From an archaeon (lineage in GTDB: Archaea; Undinarchaeota; CAZHTU01; JBDRCC01): a stretch of 64,000 nucleotides of DNA. Within the stretch, counting starts at the first letter, position 1. Every line of letters begins with the position of its first letter. The position numbers and the translations under genes are program-made. The stretch lies in the NCBI GenBank assembly GCA_043822065.1, contig JBDRCC010000007.1, positions 1-64,000 of the forward strand, read 5' to 3'. Under the pieces are notes generated by a model, which worked only from the letters and a program-made list of their open reading frames with translations, searched no databases and had not been told where the DNA came from. Shown piece after piece: positions 27,407-37,794 of this stretch.

Positions 27407-27967
27407 CTATCCCTTTTTTCTTAAATACTCAAGAAGCCCTGGCGTGAGGACCGGCTTGCCCTCGAACACAGGTATTGCGTAATCAAGGGTTATGCTCTCA
27501 TTCTCGCTGAACTCAATCTCCGGCTTGTTTGAGAGCAGTACATCCTCCAGCTTTGCCCCGTCCGCAACCTTCTTCGCCATGAAGCATGCCCCGTCGATGC
27601 TAAGCTGGTACTGGCCGATTGAGCGCGGGATTCCGTTGAGCTTGGACGTTATGAGGTCCTTTGTCCTCCCGCGGGGCATGGCGTCGCCAAGTATGCCCCC
27701 GATTACAATCTTGTCTGCAAGCTTGAAGTCATCCGGGCTGAGGAGCTTATCCGTCTGAGGGTCAAGCACGATAACCTTTTCGCCTTTCAGGAAATCTGCC
27801 GCGCTCTCCTTGCGGAAATGCCCTATTTTTCCTATGGCCCGCTGGTCTTTCTCCAGGCTGACGTTGGTGAACAGCAGCTCACCGCCGGCAATCTTCCCGC
27901 AGTGCCTGTACTCGAGCTCCATCCACTCGCTTACGCCCCGTTCGCAGTGCTCGACAATGAAAAGCAT
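27407..27967 (-). CDS. SPOUT-class SAM-dependent methyltransferase (Sfm1-like)
   Basis: IVEHCE...WMELEY, LDP, IGGILGD..PRGRT, QLSIDGA; start set at MLFIVEH. Confidence 0.8.
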   Translation of the reverse strand: MLFIVEHCERGVSEWMELEYRHCGKIAGGELLFTNVSLEKDQRAIGKIGHFRKESAADFLKGEKVIVLDPQTDKLLSPDDFKLADKIVIGGILGDAMPRGRTKDLITSKLNGIPRSIGQYQLSIDGACFMAKKVADGAKLEDVLLSNKPEIEFSENESITLDYAIPVFEGKPVLTPGLLEYLRKKG

Positions 27968-28073
27968 ACTGAAATTATCTCGCCTTGGTTTAAGTCCTTG
28001 CGGGTGCGGCCGCCGCATTATGCCAAATTCCAAGCTTGGTGACATTTTTATACTGCCTTGGATTCAATAGATT

Positions 28074-28721
28074 ATGGCGCTTTACAACACGACCCAGATA
28101 GCCCCGCTCATTGCGGAGAACTTCTCAACTGCTGATGCAATTGCCGCGTCGCGCCCGCTTGCAGCTTATGTTTTTGCAATAGCAATATACGCAATCTTCA
28201 TCTTCAAGTTCTACCGGTTCCTTGGACGGAAAGACGTCTTTTCCATCGACCTGGCGAAACACTCCAACACCCGATTTGCGGGCGCAAAGAAGTTCTTCAG
28301 CGTAGTTTTTTATGTACTCAAGTACCTGATACTCTTCCCGCTTGTCGTCTTCGTATGGTTTGCATTCCTCGCCCTGATGCTGATATTCCTGGCGAAGAGC
28401 GGCACAGTTGAGCAAATAATGCTAATCTCAGTTTCGCTTGTCGGCGCCGTTCGCGTCTGCGCCTACTACGACGAGGACCTATCGAAGGACTTGGCGAAGC
28501 TGCTGCCGCTGGCTCTGCTTGGCGTTTTCATCGTTGACCGGTCGTACTTCAACTTCAGCAATTCGGTACTGACCCTCTTGTCCCTTCCGGACTACTGGAA
28601 GCTCCTGAGCTACTACATGGTCTTCATAGTTTCGCTTGAGTTTGTGCTCCGGGTGCTGTCCGGCACCGCAGGCATGCTGTTTGGCCGTGGCGAAAAAAAG
28701 CAGCAAAACATAAAGGATTAA
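28074..28721 (+). CDS. Conserved archaeal membrane protein
   Basis: Multi-TM; AYYDEDLSKDLAKLLPLALL. Confidence 0.65.
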   Translation: MALYNTTQIAPLIAENFSTADAIAASRPLAAYVFAIAIYAIFIFKFYRFLGRKDVFSIDLAKHSNTRFAGAKKFFSVVFYVLKYLILFPLVVFVWFAFLALMLIFLAKSGTVEQIMLISVSLVGAVRVCAYYDEDLSKDLAKLLPLALLGVFIVDRSYFNFSNSVLTLLSLPDYWKLLSYYMVFIVSLEFVLRVLSGTAGMLFGRGEKKQQNIKD

Positions 28722-28745
28722 ATATTCCAGGGACAAAGGATAGCT

Positions 28746-29051
28746 ATGGCAATCGTGCTTTTTAACTCAGTAACGTTGGCCTTTTCCGTGCCAATCTTTG
28801 CCGGAGCCGCAGCAGGCTTCATACGGGCGTTTCTCGGCTACCTCAAGGCGCGCTACAAGAACGGCGAGGCATTCGTTGCAGGGAAATTCGTCCAGCCAAT
28901 TATTTTTTCAGCAGGTGTCGGGGCCGCGATTGGGTACTATATGTCGCAGGCAGATCCTTTATTCATAGGCGCGGTCGCAATCGCAGGCAGCACGCTAATT
29001 GACTCCATCGTATGGGTTTTTGTAGGGAAGAAAAAGCCGCAGGCCGATTAG
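28746..29051 (+). CDS. Small membrane protein
   Basis: 3 hydrophobic segments. Confidence 0.55.
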   Translation: MAIVLFNSVTLAFSVPIFAGAAAGFIRAFLGYLKARYKNGEAFVAGKFVQPIIFSAGVGAAIGYYMSQADPLFIGAVAIAGSTLIDSIVWVFVGKKKPQAD

Positions 29052-29290
29052 TCAAGCAGCTTTAAGTCTTTGGCCATTCTCCAGGCGACGTACGCAGTCA
29101 CAGGATAGAGTATCGCATACGAGCCTGCGTCCATGAACCTGCTGCCTGAGCCGACATTGGTGCAGCCGGAACTGGCGAGAAGAAGAATAGGGAGGATGGT
29201 TTTTGTGGCAAGATGCCTCATCCTGGTGCGTAGCCCTGTGGCTTTTACCCCAGTACTAGACGCACATTGGGACGAAAGTTTTGAAACCAT
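29048..29290 (-). CDS. Hypothetical small protein, possible lipoprotein
   Basis: LLLASSGC lipobox-like; start uncertain. Confidence 0.35.
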   Translation of the reverse strand: MVSKLSSQCASSTGVKATGLRTRMRHLATKTILPILLLASSGCTNVGSGSRFMDAGSYAILYPVTAYVAWRMAKDLKLLD

Positions 29291-29577
29291 CTCCCCCCAC
29301 TAGGTGTTGAAGATAGAGCATTCAACCCCTAATAACCTATCATGGTCACATCCCTTTATAGATTTTTCGTGTTTTGCTTTTTTTATTGGAATATTTGTTT
29401 AAATATTGCCTATTTTTAGAAAAAATCCATAAAAACTGATACTTTTTGAACGAATTCCAAAAAATACATACTTCCCCACCTCCGAAACTGGAAATTTTAC
29501 AGCATTGCGTTCCTGCCGCATACTGAAAAATTTTCAGCATTATAGGAAAAATATAAATACCTTTCAGCCCTCCTGAT

Positions 29578-30060
29578 ATGGGGATTGGCTTGAAAATTAC
29601 TGAACCTGACTTAAAACTCCTCTCCGAACTCCAGATTGACGCAAAACAGCCCCTCAAGGTGCTGTCGAAAAAGCTCAAAGTCCCAGTCTCAACTCTGCAC
29701 TCAAGGATAAGCAAGCTGGAGAAGGGGGGCGTGATACAAAAATATTCTGCTGTGCTTGACCCCCAAAAGCTGAACATGAACTTCACCGCCCTTGTGTTCT
29801 GCACCCTGCGGTTCCAAGACGCTGAGGAGAAGCCCATCACAGTCGAAAAAATCCTTGATGAGCTTAAAAAAATTCCTGAAATCCAGTCAATCTTTTTAAC
29901 CACCGGCCAGCGCGACCTCATTCTGAAGGTAAAAAGCCACAAGGTCGAGGACGTGTCCTCAATCATAGCAAAGAAAATACGCTCAATCCGCGGCATAGAG
30001 CGGAGCGAGACTTATGTCTGCTTCAACGTAGTCAAGGATTCGCTTGACCTGCCAATCTGA
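29578..30060 (+). CDS. Lrp/AsnC transcriptional regulator
   Basis: DLKLLSELQ.DA...HTH...RISKLEKGGVI; TGQRD. Confidence 0.92.
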   Translation: MGIGLKITEPDLKLLSELQIDAKQPLKVLSKKLKVPVSTLHSRISKLEKGGVIQKYSAVLDPQKLNMNFTALVFCTLRFQDAEEKPITVEKILDELKKIPEIQSIFLTTGQRDLILKVKSHKVEDVSSIIAKKIRSIRGIERSETYVCFNVVKDSLDLPI

Positions 30061-30410
30061 TGATTGAAGAGGAGCATAGGCGCGCGGTTGAAAAATTGAA
30101 AAAGCTCTCAGCCGAAGGCGTGCCGATTCTTGCCGAAGGCATTCGGGACCTGAACCGCCTGAGGGCGATTGGCGTCGAGGGCGAAATAATCCTCATCCAG
30201 GGCAAGAGCATGCCGCGGCTGGTCCATGACCTCGGCGGCCTGAAGGCGCTGATAATCCTTACGGATTTTGACCGGACAGGCGCCCAGAAGTGCTCGCGGC
30301 TCAAGACGCTGCTTGAGGGATATGGGGTTAAGGTCAACACCGACCTGCGGCTGAAGATATTCAGCACAACCTTCTCAAAGCGGGTCGAAGAGCTTCACCT
30401 GCCAGAATAA
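30060..30410 (+). CDS. Small Toprim-domain protein
   Basis: AEGIRD, IILTDFDRTG. Confidence 0.82.
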   Translation: MIEEEHRRAVEKLKKLSAEGVPILAEGIRDLNRLRAIGVEGEIILIQGKSMPRLVHDLGGLKALIILTDFDRTGAQKCSRLKTLLEGYGVKVNTDLRLKIFSTTFSKRVEELHLPE

Positions 30411-30442
30411 AGTATATCAAGCGCGTTGCACAATACTCTCGC

Positions 30443-31015
30443 ATGGCAACGTATTTTCCGCTTAACCTGAAGGCATGGAGAAACGACGAGTATGGATTTA
30501 CTATCCGGATAGCCGTCCCTGCCGACTATGACGCGCTGGTAACTGCGTGGGCTGAAATCGAGGAGGGCCGGCGCTCCATTGCGCGCGTAAACATGCTCAA
30601 GGAGAGCATAGAGCGTGGCTGGGTTATAGTGGCCGAAGAACGCGGAGACATTTTTGGGTATTCAGATATAACCCCCATATATACGAAATATTCAGATTTC
30701 CCAGTCACCCACCTGGCAGTCAGCGGCGTTTCGCCGAGGGATGGCGGGAAATACCGCAAGACGGGGGTCCATGAAGTCATGAGCATTCTTAGGATTTTAG
30801 GGATACTTGGCAAGACCCAAACTGCATGTTCTTATGTGGACTCTGAGTCTCTCTTAAGCCGGCGGGAGGCCATTGCAAAAAAGCTTGGGATACCGCTTAC
30901 CATTGTTAGAGGGGAAAATAACATCACCCTGAACTACGACCTGACCTGCGACATCAAAAAAATAGAGAAAAAAATTCGTGAACACCTAACCTCCCTTAAG
31001 TGGCATGAGGCCTAA
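30443..31015 (+). CDS. Hypothetical protein, GNAT-like fold
   Basis: TIRIAVPADY...VIVAEERGDIFGY. Confidence 0.5.
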   Translation: MATYFPLNLKAWRNDEYGFTIRIAVPADYDALVTAWAEIEEGRRSIARVNMLKESIERGWVIVAEERGDIFGYSDITPIYTKYSDFPVTHLAVSGVSPRDGGKYRKTGVHEVMSILRILGILGKTQTACSYVDSESLLSRREAIAKKLGIPLTIVRGENNITLNYDLTCDIKKIEKKIREHLTSLKWHEA

Positions 31016-31060
31016 TCTGCAATAAATTTATTAACTGCCAGACCTATCTTGTTGTATAGG

Positions 31061-31516
31061 ATGGCGAAGCTAGAACTCAAAAAAGCACCTCAGGGTCTGC
31101 AGATGCTGCTGGGTGACATAATCAGGTCAATACCCGAGTTCGGCCACATCGACCCCTCCCGAGTCCACCTTATAGTGTCAAACTCGGACTCGCGGGCGCT
31201 TGCACTCTGCCATGAGATGTCAAGGAGGATACAGTTCGCATTAGGCGTCCCGCCGCACTACGTCATAGAGCTTGTGGAAAAACACTGGAGTGGCTTGGAC
31301 GCTGAAATGAGGGCAAAAGTCCTGATACACGAGCTATACCACATCCCAAAGACCTTTTCCGGGCATCTCAGGAGCCATGACCACAGGAAGGGCTTCGGGA
31401 GGTACTCCCGCAGGCTCGAGGAGGACCTTTACCGCGATTACCTGCACAAACACCCCCAAAAGTCCAGGGAAGAGGCGCTTGCGCTCGTCAAAACCCTCAC
31501 TTTTTCCGGTTTTTAG
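31061..31516 (+). CDS. Putative metallopeptidase (HExxH)
   Basis: YVIEL...KVLIHELYHIPKTFSGHLRSH. Confidence 0.8.
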   Translation: MAKLELKKAPQGLQMLLGDIIRSIPEFGHIDPSRVHLIVSNSDSRALALCHEMSRRIQFALGVPPHYVIELVEKHWSGLDAEMRAKVLIHELYHIPKTFSGHLRSHDHRKGFGRYSRRLEEDLYRDYLHKHPQKSREEALALVKTLTFSGF

Positions 31517-31570
31517 CAGGAATAAGCCTAAATCCAAACCTATATATAGTATCTTATAGTGATTATCGAA

Positions 31571-31692
31571 GTTAGCGGTCATAGCAGAGGGGTCACACCT
31601 GGTCTCATTCCGAACCCAGAAGTTAAGCCCTCTAGCGATTTTGATTGTACTATCTTGCGAGAGCAGATGGGAACTCAAAGACGCCGCTAGCA
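31571..31692 (+). rRNA. rrf: 5S rRNA (unlinked)
   Basis: GCGGTCATAGC...CTCATTCCGAACCCAGAAGTTAAGCC...GCCGCTA; ends approximate. Confidence 0.92.
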
Positions 31693-31815
31693 CTTCCACA
31701 TAAGAAAGCCGGTGAGTGCCAATTGGCGAGACCCGAAAAAACAACAAATACATTCTAATTATAGTCCTTGCTGAGCTAGTGCTATAATTAGGGGGGTCAC
31801 TCGGCTGAGGCGAAT

Positions 31816-31888
31816 GCCCGGATGGTGTAGTGGCCTAGCATAGAGCCCTGTCGAGGCTCTGACGCGGATTCAAATTCCGCTCCGGGCG
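31816..31888 (+). tRNA. tRNA-Asp(GTC)
   Basis: GCCCGGA/TCCGGGC-G, GAGCC-CT GTC GA-GGCTC. Confidence 0.93.
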
Positions 31889-31893
31889 CTCTC

Positions 31894-31967
31894 GGGCTCG
31901 TAACTCAGGTTGGCAGAGTGCTTGGCTTTTAACCAAGAAGTCGCGGGTTCAAATCCCGTCGGGCCCA
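31894..31967 (+). tRNA. tRNA-Lys(TTT)
   Basis: GGGCTCG/CGGGCCC, CTTGG-CT TTT AA-CCAAG. Confidence 0.92.
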
Positions 31968-31999
31968 TTCCCGTTCGCGGGCCGCAAAGAGAAAACAAG

Positions 32000-33478
32000 A
32001 TGCTGAAAAAAGAACCAAATCCCATCCTCGTGGCGTACTTTAGGAGCAACTCACTGGTTGAGCACCATGTTTCTTCGTTTAATGACTTCTTAGACCGCGG
32101 GCTCCAGAGCGTAATTGACGAAATCAAGGTAATCGAGCCGGAGCTAGAAGACTATTACATAAAGCTCGGAAAGATATTCGTCGACGAGCCGGTTTCGAAG
32201 GAGGCGGACGGAAGCACCAGGAAAATCTACCCGAATGAGGCAAGGCTCAGGGACAGGACCTATTCCGCGCCGATAACCCTTGAAATGACTGCTGTTGAGG
32301 GCGGGGAGGAGCAGGAGACCATGAAAGTGGTCATTGGCAAGCTCCCAATCATGCTCAAGTCAAAGAAGTGCCTCCTGGCCGGGATGACCGATGACGAGCT
32401 CATCCGTGTCGGGGAAGACCCGCAGGACCCGGGCGGCTACTTCATCATAAACGGGACCGAGAGGGTTTTAGTCCTTGTTGAGGACCTCGCATCAAACCGG
32501 ATTCTTGCCGAGCACAACAACACGACCAACACAAACGTCGCAAAGATATTCTCCGCGCGCGGCTGGTACAGGCGCCCCTGCACCCTTGAAGTCCGCGGCG
32601 ACTCGTCACTCAAATTCCTGTTCCCGCCCCTGGCCAAGCCGGTCCCAGTCTTCATAGTCCTGAAGGCACTCGGCCTCAAGACAGACCGCGAGCTGTTCGA
32701 CTCTGTAACGAAGGACGCTGCAGTCCAGCAGGAGCTCCTCGTTGCGAACGAGGAGGCGGCAGAAGTCGTGACCGTCTCTGATGCTCTTGACTTCATCGGC
32801 AAGCGCGTGGCAGTCGGGCAGCAGAGGGAGCAGAGGATTGAGCGCGCAGAGCAGGTCCTGGACAAGTACCTCCTCCCGCACGTCGGAATGGAGCGCGCAG
32901 ACAGGGCGGCAAAGGCATATTTCATAGGCAAGATGGTCGAGAAGCTCCTCATGTTCAATATTGGAAAGATTCCAGCAGACGACAAGGACCACTACGCAAA
33001 CAAGCGCCTCAGGCTCGCAGGCGAGCTGATGGAGGACGTATTCCGCGTCGCGTTCCGGGGGCTCGTCGCAAACGCAGTATACTCACTTGAAAAGGCAGCC
33101 CGCAGGGACCGCAAGGTCGCAATAAGGACTGCAATCCGATCATCGCTTCTGACCGAGCGCATAGGCCACGCAATGGCGACAGGCGCGTGGGTCGGAGGGC
33201 GGCAGGGAATCTCCCAGCACCTCGACAGGCTCAACCACCTATCGACGCTTTCACACCTCAGGCGCGTAAGATCGCTCCTTTCTAGGACCCAGCCGCACTT
33301 CGAGGCAAGGGACTTGCACGCAACCCACTGGGGCAAGATTTGCCCGAACGAAACTCCGGAAGGCTCAAACATCGGGCTTGTCAAAAACCTCGCGCTTCTG
33401 ACCGAGATAACAAATCAAGTGGACGAGAAGCCAATTGAAGACGCCCTCATAGAGCTTGGCGTGCGGAGGGCATGGTAA
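32000..33478 (+). CDS. rpo2N: RNA polymerase subunit B'' (Rpo2N)
   Basis: DPGGYFIINGTERV, DDKDHYANKR, ETPEG; start moved downstream of tRNA-Lys. Confidence 0.95.
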   Translation: MLKKEPNPILVAYFRSNSLVEHHVSSFNDFLDRGLQSVIDEIKVIEPELEDYYIKLGKIFVDEPVSKEADGSTRKIYPNEARLRDRTYSAPITLEMTAVEGGEEQETMKVVIGKLPIMLKSKKCLLAGMTDDELIRVGEDPQDPGGYFIINGTERVLVLVEDLASNRILAEHNNTTNTNVAKIFSARGWYRRPCTLEVRGDSSLKFLFPPLAKPVPVFIVLKALGLKTDRELFDSVTKDAAVQQELLVANEEAAEVVTVSDALDFIGKRVAVGQQREQRIERAEQVLDKYLLPHVGMERADRAAKAYFIGKMVEKLLMFNIGKIPADDKDHYANKRLRLAGELMEDVFRVAFRGLVANAVYSLEKAARRDRKVAIRTAIRSSLLTERIGHAMATGAWVGGRQGISQHLDRLNHLSTLSHLRRVRSLLSRTQPHFEARDLHATHWGKICPNETPEGSNIGLVKNLALLTEITNQVDEKPIEDALIELGVRRAW

Positions 33479-35280
33479 TGGCAAGCATATTCGTGAACGG
33501 CAAGTTTGTCGGACAGCACGAAAAGCCAGCCCAGCTGCTGAAGTCCGTAAAGGAACTGAGGCGCGATGGCAAGCTTCCGGGCGGAATCAGCATCGCACAC
33601 TACGCTGACCTGGACGAGATACAGATAAACACAGATGCGGGCAGGATACGGCGCCCTCTGCTTGTCGTCACCGGCGGCAAGTCGCCAATCACCCAGGAGA
33701 TAAACGACAAGCTCAAGAGCGGCCAGCTGACAATCGCAGAGCTCATAAGGCGTGGAATACTCGAGTACCTTGACGCAGAAGAAGAGGAGAACGCCTACAT
33801 CGCCCTTCACGCGAGGGACCTGACAAGCGAGCACACCCACCTTGAAATCCACCCAGAGACAATCTTCGGCATAAGCACAGGGATAATCCCTTACCTTGAG
33901 CACAACCAGGCGTCAAGGGACAACCTCGGCGCTAACATGTCCAAGCAGGCGCTCGGGATGTACGCCGCGAACTTCCACCACAGGGCAGACACCCAGCGGC
34001 ACATCCTCCATTACCCGCAGGCGCCGCTCGTGACAACCGAGATAGGCGAGGTTCTGAAGGTATGGAACAGGCCGTCCGGGCACAACGCAGTTGTGGCAGT
34101 CCTTTCCTACGAGGGCTACAACATGCAGGACGCACTCATACTCAACAAATCATCCTGTGACCGGGGATTCGCGCGCTCTACCTTCTACCGCACCTACGCG
34201 ACCGAGAAGATAAGGTATGCTGGCGGGCAGGAAGATGACATAATGACCCCTCCTGAGGACGTCTCAGGCTACAAATCGGAGCGGGCGTACCGGTTCCTTG
34301 ACGAGGACGGAATAATCACGCCAGAATGCGACATTGAGGCTGGCGACGTGCTCATTGGAAAGACCTCCCCTCCGCGGTTCCTTGAGAGCCTTGAGGAGTT
34401 CGGCGCCGCAGTCACGAAGAGGCGCGAGAGCAGCGAAGTGGTCAAGCACGGCGAGAGGGGCACGGTCGACATAGTCGTCCTGACAGAGACCGAGGACGGA
34501 AACAAGCAGGTCAAGGTAAAGCTCCGCGACCTCCGGGTCCCAGAGCTCGGTGACAAGTTTGCGTCCCGCCACGGGCAGAAGGGCACAGTGGGGCTTCTTG
34601 TAAACTCAGAGGACATGCCTTTCACAGAAAACGGCGTAGTCCCAGATGTCATAATCAACCCGCACGCCATCCCGAGCAGGATGACCGTTGCGCAGCTGCT
34701 CGAGACCATCGCCGGCAAGGTCGGCGCCATGGAGGGCAGGTACATCGACGCAACCGCGTTCTCAGGCGAGCCCGAGGCTGACCTTAGGAAGGCGCTCGAA
34801 AAGCTCGGCTTCAGGGACAACGGCAAGGAAGTCATGTACAACGGGATAACCGGCGAGAAGTACGAGGTTGAGATATTCATTGGCGTCGTCTACTACCAGA
34901 AGCTAAAGCACATGGTCGCAGACAAGATACGCGCAAGGTCAAGGGGCCCCGTGCAGGTTCTCACCCGCCAGCCTACAGAGGGCAAAGCCCGCGAGGGAGG
35001 GCTCAGGGTCGGAGAAATGGAAAAGGACTGCCTTGTCGCCCACGGCACTGCCATGCTGCTCAAGGAGCGGCTGCTCGAGGAGTCAGACAAGACGCAGGTT
35101 CCAATCTGCCTGTCATGCGGGATGACCGCGATATACGACCGGTACCGCGACATAAAATACTGCCCGCTCTGCGGAGAGGACACAAACGTCCAGCTCGTGG
35201 AGATGTCATACGCATTCAAGCTCCTCCTGGACGAGCTCAAGTCAATGTGCACGTACCCAAGGCTGGAGATAGGTGATTAG
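33472..35280 (+). CDS. rpo2C: RNA polymerase subunit B' (Rpo2C)
   Basis: GYNMQDA, GDKFASRHGQKG, GGLRVGEME. Confidence 0.96.
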   Translation: MVMASIFVNGKFVGQHEKPAQLLKSVKELRRDGKLPGGISIAHYADLDEIQINTDAGRIRRPLLVVTGGKSPITQEINDKLKSGQLTIAELIRRGILEYLDAEEEENAYIALHARDLTSEHTHLEIHPETIFGISTGIIPYLEHNQASRDNLGANMSKQALGMYAANFHHRADTQRHILHYPQAPLVTTEIGEVLKVWNRPSGHNAVVAVLSYEGYNMQDALILNKSSCDRGFARSTFYRTYATEKIRYAGGQEDDIMTPPEDVSGYKSERAYRFLDEDGIITPECDIEAGDVLIGKTSPPRFLESLEEFGAAVTKRRESSEVVKHGERGTVDIVVLTETEDGNKQVKVKLRDLRVPELGDKFASRHGQKGTVGLLVNSEDMPFTENGVVPDVIINPHAIPSRMTVAQLLETIAGKVGAMEGRYIDATAFSGEPEADLRKALEKLGFRDNGKEVMYNGITGEKYEVEIFIGVVYYQKLKHMVADKIRARSRGPVQVLTRQPTEGKAREGGLRVGEMEKDCLVAHGTAMLLKERLLEESDKTQVPICLSCGMTAIYDRYRDIKYCPLCGEDTNVQLVEMSYAFKLLLDELKSMCTYPRLEIGD

Positions 35281-37794
35281 ATGATACGCTCTATTAGATT
35301 CTCACTGCTGAGTCCGGAGCTGCTGCGCAAGATGAGCGTCGCTAAGATTGTCACCCCTGACACCCACGACGCAGACGGCTACCCGATAAAGGGAGGGCTC
35401 ATGGACCCGAGAATGGGTGTAGTAGACCCAGGCCTCAGGTGCAGGACCTGCAGGTGCAGGATGGGCGACTGCCCAGGGCACTTCGGCCACATCGAGCTCG
35501 CAAGGCCCGTCCTCCACGTCGGATACGCAAAAAATGTTTACGAATTCCTCCGCTGCTTCTGCAGGAAGTGCGGACGGGTCCTCGTGCCTGAGAAGGAGAT
35601 AATCGAGCTGCACAAGGCGGTTGAAGAGGGCGAGGAGAAAGCCCGCATCTCTGATGCGACCCTCAAGGCAGCCCGCGACACGAAGAAATGCCCGCACTGC
35701 GGGGAAAAGCAGATTAAAATCATGTTCGAGAAGCCGACCGCGTTCTTTGAGGACAAGGACAGGCTCACCGCGACCGACATCCGCAAGCGGCTGGAGAAGA
35801 TATCGAATGAAGACCTCGAGATTCTCGGCATAAGCTCGAAGGACGCCAGGCCGGAGTGGATGATTCTGACAATTCTTCCGGTTCCGCCCGTAACTACAAG
35901 GCCGTCAATCACGCTTGAGAGCGGCGAGAGGTCTGAGGACGACCTGACCCACAAGCTTGTCGACATACTCCGGCTAAACCAGCGGCTTGCAGAGAACATC
36001 GAGGCAGGCGCACCGCAGCTCATACTTGAGGACCAGTGGGAGCTTGTCCAGTATCACGTCACTACTTATCTCGACAACGAGGTCTCCGGAATCCCGCCCG
36101 CAAGGCACAGGTCAGGACGGCCGCTGAAGACAATCGCCCAGAGGCTTAAGGGCAAAGAGGGCAGGTTCAGGTACTCGCTCGCAGGAAAGCGGGTTGACTT
36201 CTGCGCAAGGACGGTCATTTCCCCAGACCCGAACCTCAGGATTGACGAGGTAGGCGTGCCAATCCGAATCGCAAGGGAGCTCACCATACCTGAGCGCGTA
36301 ACCCAGTACAACAAGGACTTCCTTGTCAAGATAGTCAAGAACGGCGAGAATTATCCGGGTGCGAACTACGTCATCCGCGCAGACGGCAAGAGGCGCAGGA
36401 TAAACAACGAGAACTCAGAGGAGGTCTCCAAGGAAGTGGACACCGGCTTCACAGTCGAGAGGCACCTTGTCGACAATGACATAGTCCTGTTCAACCGGCA
36501 GCCCTCACTCCACCGGCTTTCAATCATGGCTCACCGCGTAAGGGTCCTCCCCGGAAACACATTCCGGCTCAACCTCTGCGTCTGTTCGCCATACAACGCC
36601 GACTTTGACGGGGACGAAATGAACCTCCACGTTCCTCAGACAGTTGAGGCCCGCGCAGAGTCGCTGATGCTCATGGGCGTGAACTACTCACTCCGCTCGC
36701 CAAGGTTCGGCGGCCCGATAATAGGCTGCATACACGACCACATAACCGGCGCATACCTTCTGACAAACGACAAGATGGTCCTCTCACGGGAGAAGGCTGC
36801 GCAGATTTTTGGAGCCTGCGGCATGGTGCTGGAGGGCGAGAAAGAAAAATACACTGGAAAGGAAATCTTCTCCATGCTCCTGCCGGACGACATGAACCTG
36901 GAGTTCAAGTCAAAGTTTGGCGAGATGGTCACAATAAAGAACGGCAAGCTCGTAAGCGGCGTGATTGATGACAAGGCAATCGGCGCATTCTCAGGGATTA
37001 TACTAGATTACATGATAACCAAGTACGGCTGTGAGTTCGTCGCCAACTTCCTCAACAAGTTTACAATAATCGCGATAGCTATTGCTGCCATGATTGGCGT
37101 TACAAACGGCCTTGACGAGGAGGACCTGCCGCCGAAGGCGCTCGAGGAGATAAAGTCATTGCTCGATGACACAGAGAAAAAGGTTTCAAAAATTGTCAGC
37201 ATGTACCACGAAGGCTCCCTGAAAATCCTGCCTGGCAAGACCCTCCAGGAGACGCTCGAACGGAAAATCATGTCCACCGTCAATAAAGGAAGGGACGCGG
37301 CAGGCAAAGTATCCGAGTCATACCTCAAGGAAAACAACCAAATCGCAATCATGGCAAGAACCGGCGCTAGGGGAAACATACTCAACATAACCCAAATGAG
37401 CGCATGCCTTGGCCAGCAGGCAGTCAGGGGCCAGAGGATAAACCGGGGATACCGCACTAGGACTCTTCCGCACTTTAGGGAGGGCGACCTCGGGCCGCGG
37501 GCGCACGGGTTCGTAAGGAGCTCATACAAGACCGGGCTTGGCCCGATTGAGTTCTTCTTCCACGCGATGGGCGGAAGGGAGTCTCTCACAGATACTGCAA
37601 TGAGGACGCCGAAGTCAGGCTACCTCCAGAGGCGGCTTATAAACGCGACCCAGGACCTTAAGGTCGAATACGACGGCACAGTCCGCGACAACAGCGGCAC
37701 AATCATCCAGTTTGAATACGGCGAAGACGGGGTCGACACAAGCAAGAGCGATCTCGGAACAGTAAAGCTCGAGAAGGTGTTTGGAACAAAATGA
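35281..37794 (+). CDS. rpo1N: RNA polymerase subunit A' (Rpo1N)
   Basis: [11 protein letters not shown] catalytic motif, [10 protein letters not shown]. Confidence 0.97.
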   Translation: MIRSIRFSLLSPELLRKMSVAKIVTPDTHDADGYPIKGGLMDPRMGVVDPGLRCRTCRCRMGDCPGHFGHIELARPVLHVGYAKNVYEFLRCFCRKCGRVLVPEKEIIELHKAVEEGEEKARISDATLKAARDTKKCPHCGEKQIKIMFEKPTAFFEDKDRLTATDIRKRLEKISNEDLEILGISSKDARPEWMILTILPVPPVTTRPSITLESGERSEDDLTHKLVDILRLNQRLAENIEAGAPQLILEDQWELVQYHVTTYLDNEVSGIPPARHRSGRPLKTIAQRLKGKEGRFRYSLAGKRVDFCARTVISPDPNLRIDEVGVPIRIARELTIPERVTQYNKDFLVKIVKNGENYPGANYVIRADGKRRRINNENSEEVSKEVDTGFTVERHLVDNDIVLFNRQPSLHRLSIMAHRVRVLPGNTFRLNLCVCSPYNADFDGDEMNLHVPQTVEARAESLMLMGVNYSLRSPRFGGPIIGCIHDHITGAYLLTNDKMVLSREKAAQIFGACGMVLEGEKEKYTGKEIFSMLLPDDMNLEFKSKFGEMVTIKNGKLVSGVIDDKAIGAFSGIILDYMITKYGCEFVANFLNKFTIIAIAIAAMIGVTNGLDEEDLPPKALEEIKSLLDDTEKKVSKIVSMYHEGSLKILPGKTLQETLERKIMSTVNKGRDAAGKVSESYLKENNQIAIMARTGARGNILNITQMSACLGQQAVRGQRINRGYRTRTLPHFREGDLGPRAHGFVRSSYKTGLGPIEFFFHAMGGRESLTDTAMRTPKSGYLQRRLINATQDLKVEYDGTVRDNSGTIIQFEYGEDGVDTSKSDLGTVKLEKVFGTK

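Noticed and set aside
29346-29996. 216-aa reverse-strand ORF
   Set aside because: It is an antisense shadow of Lrp running into AT-rich intergenic DNA.
31910-31999. N-terminal extension of Rpo2N
   Set aside because: It overlaps tRNA-Lys; ATG at 32000 is the plausible start.
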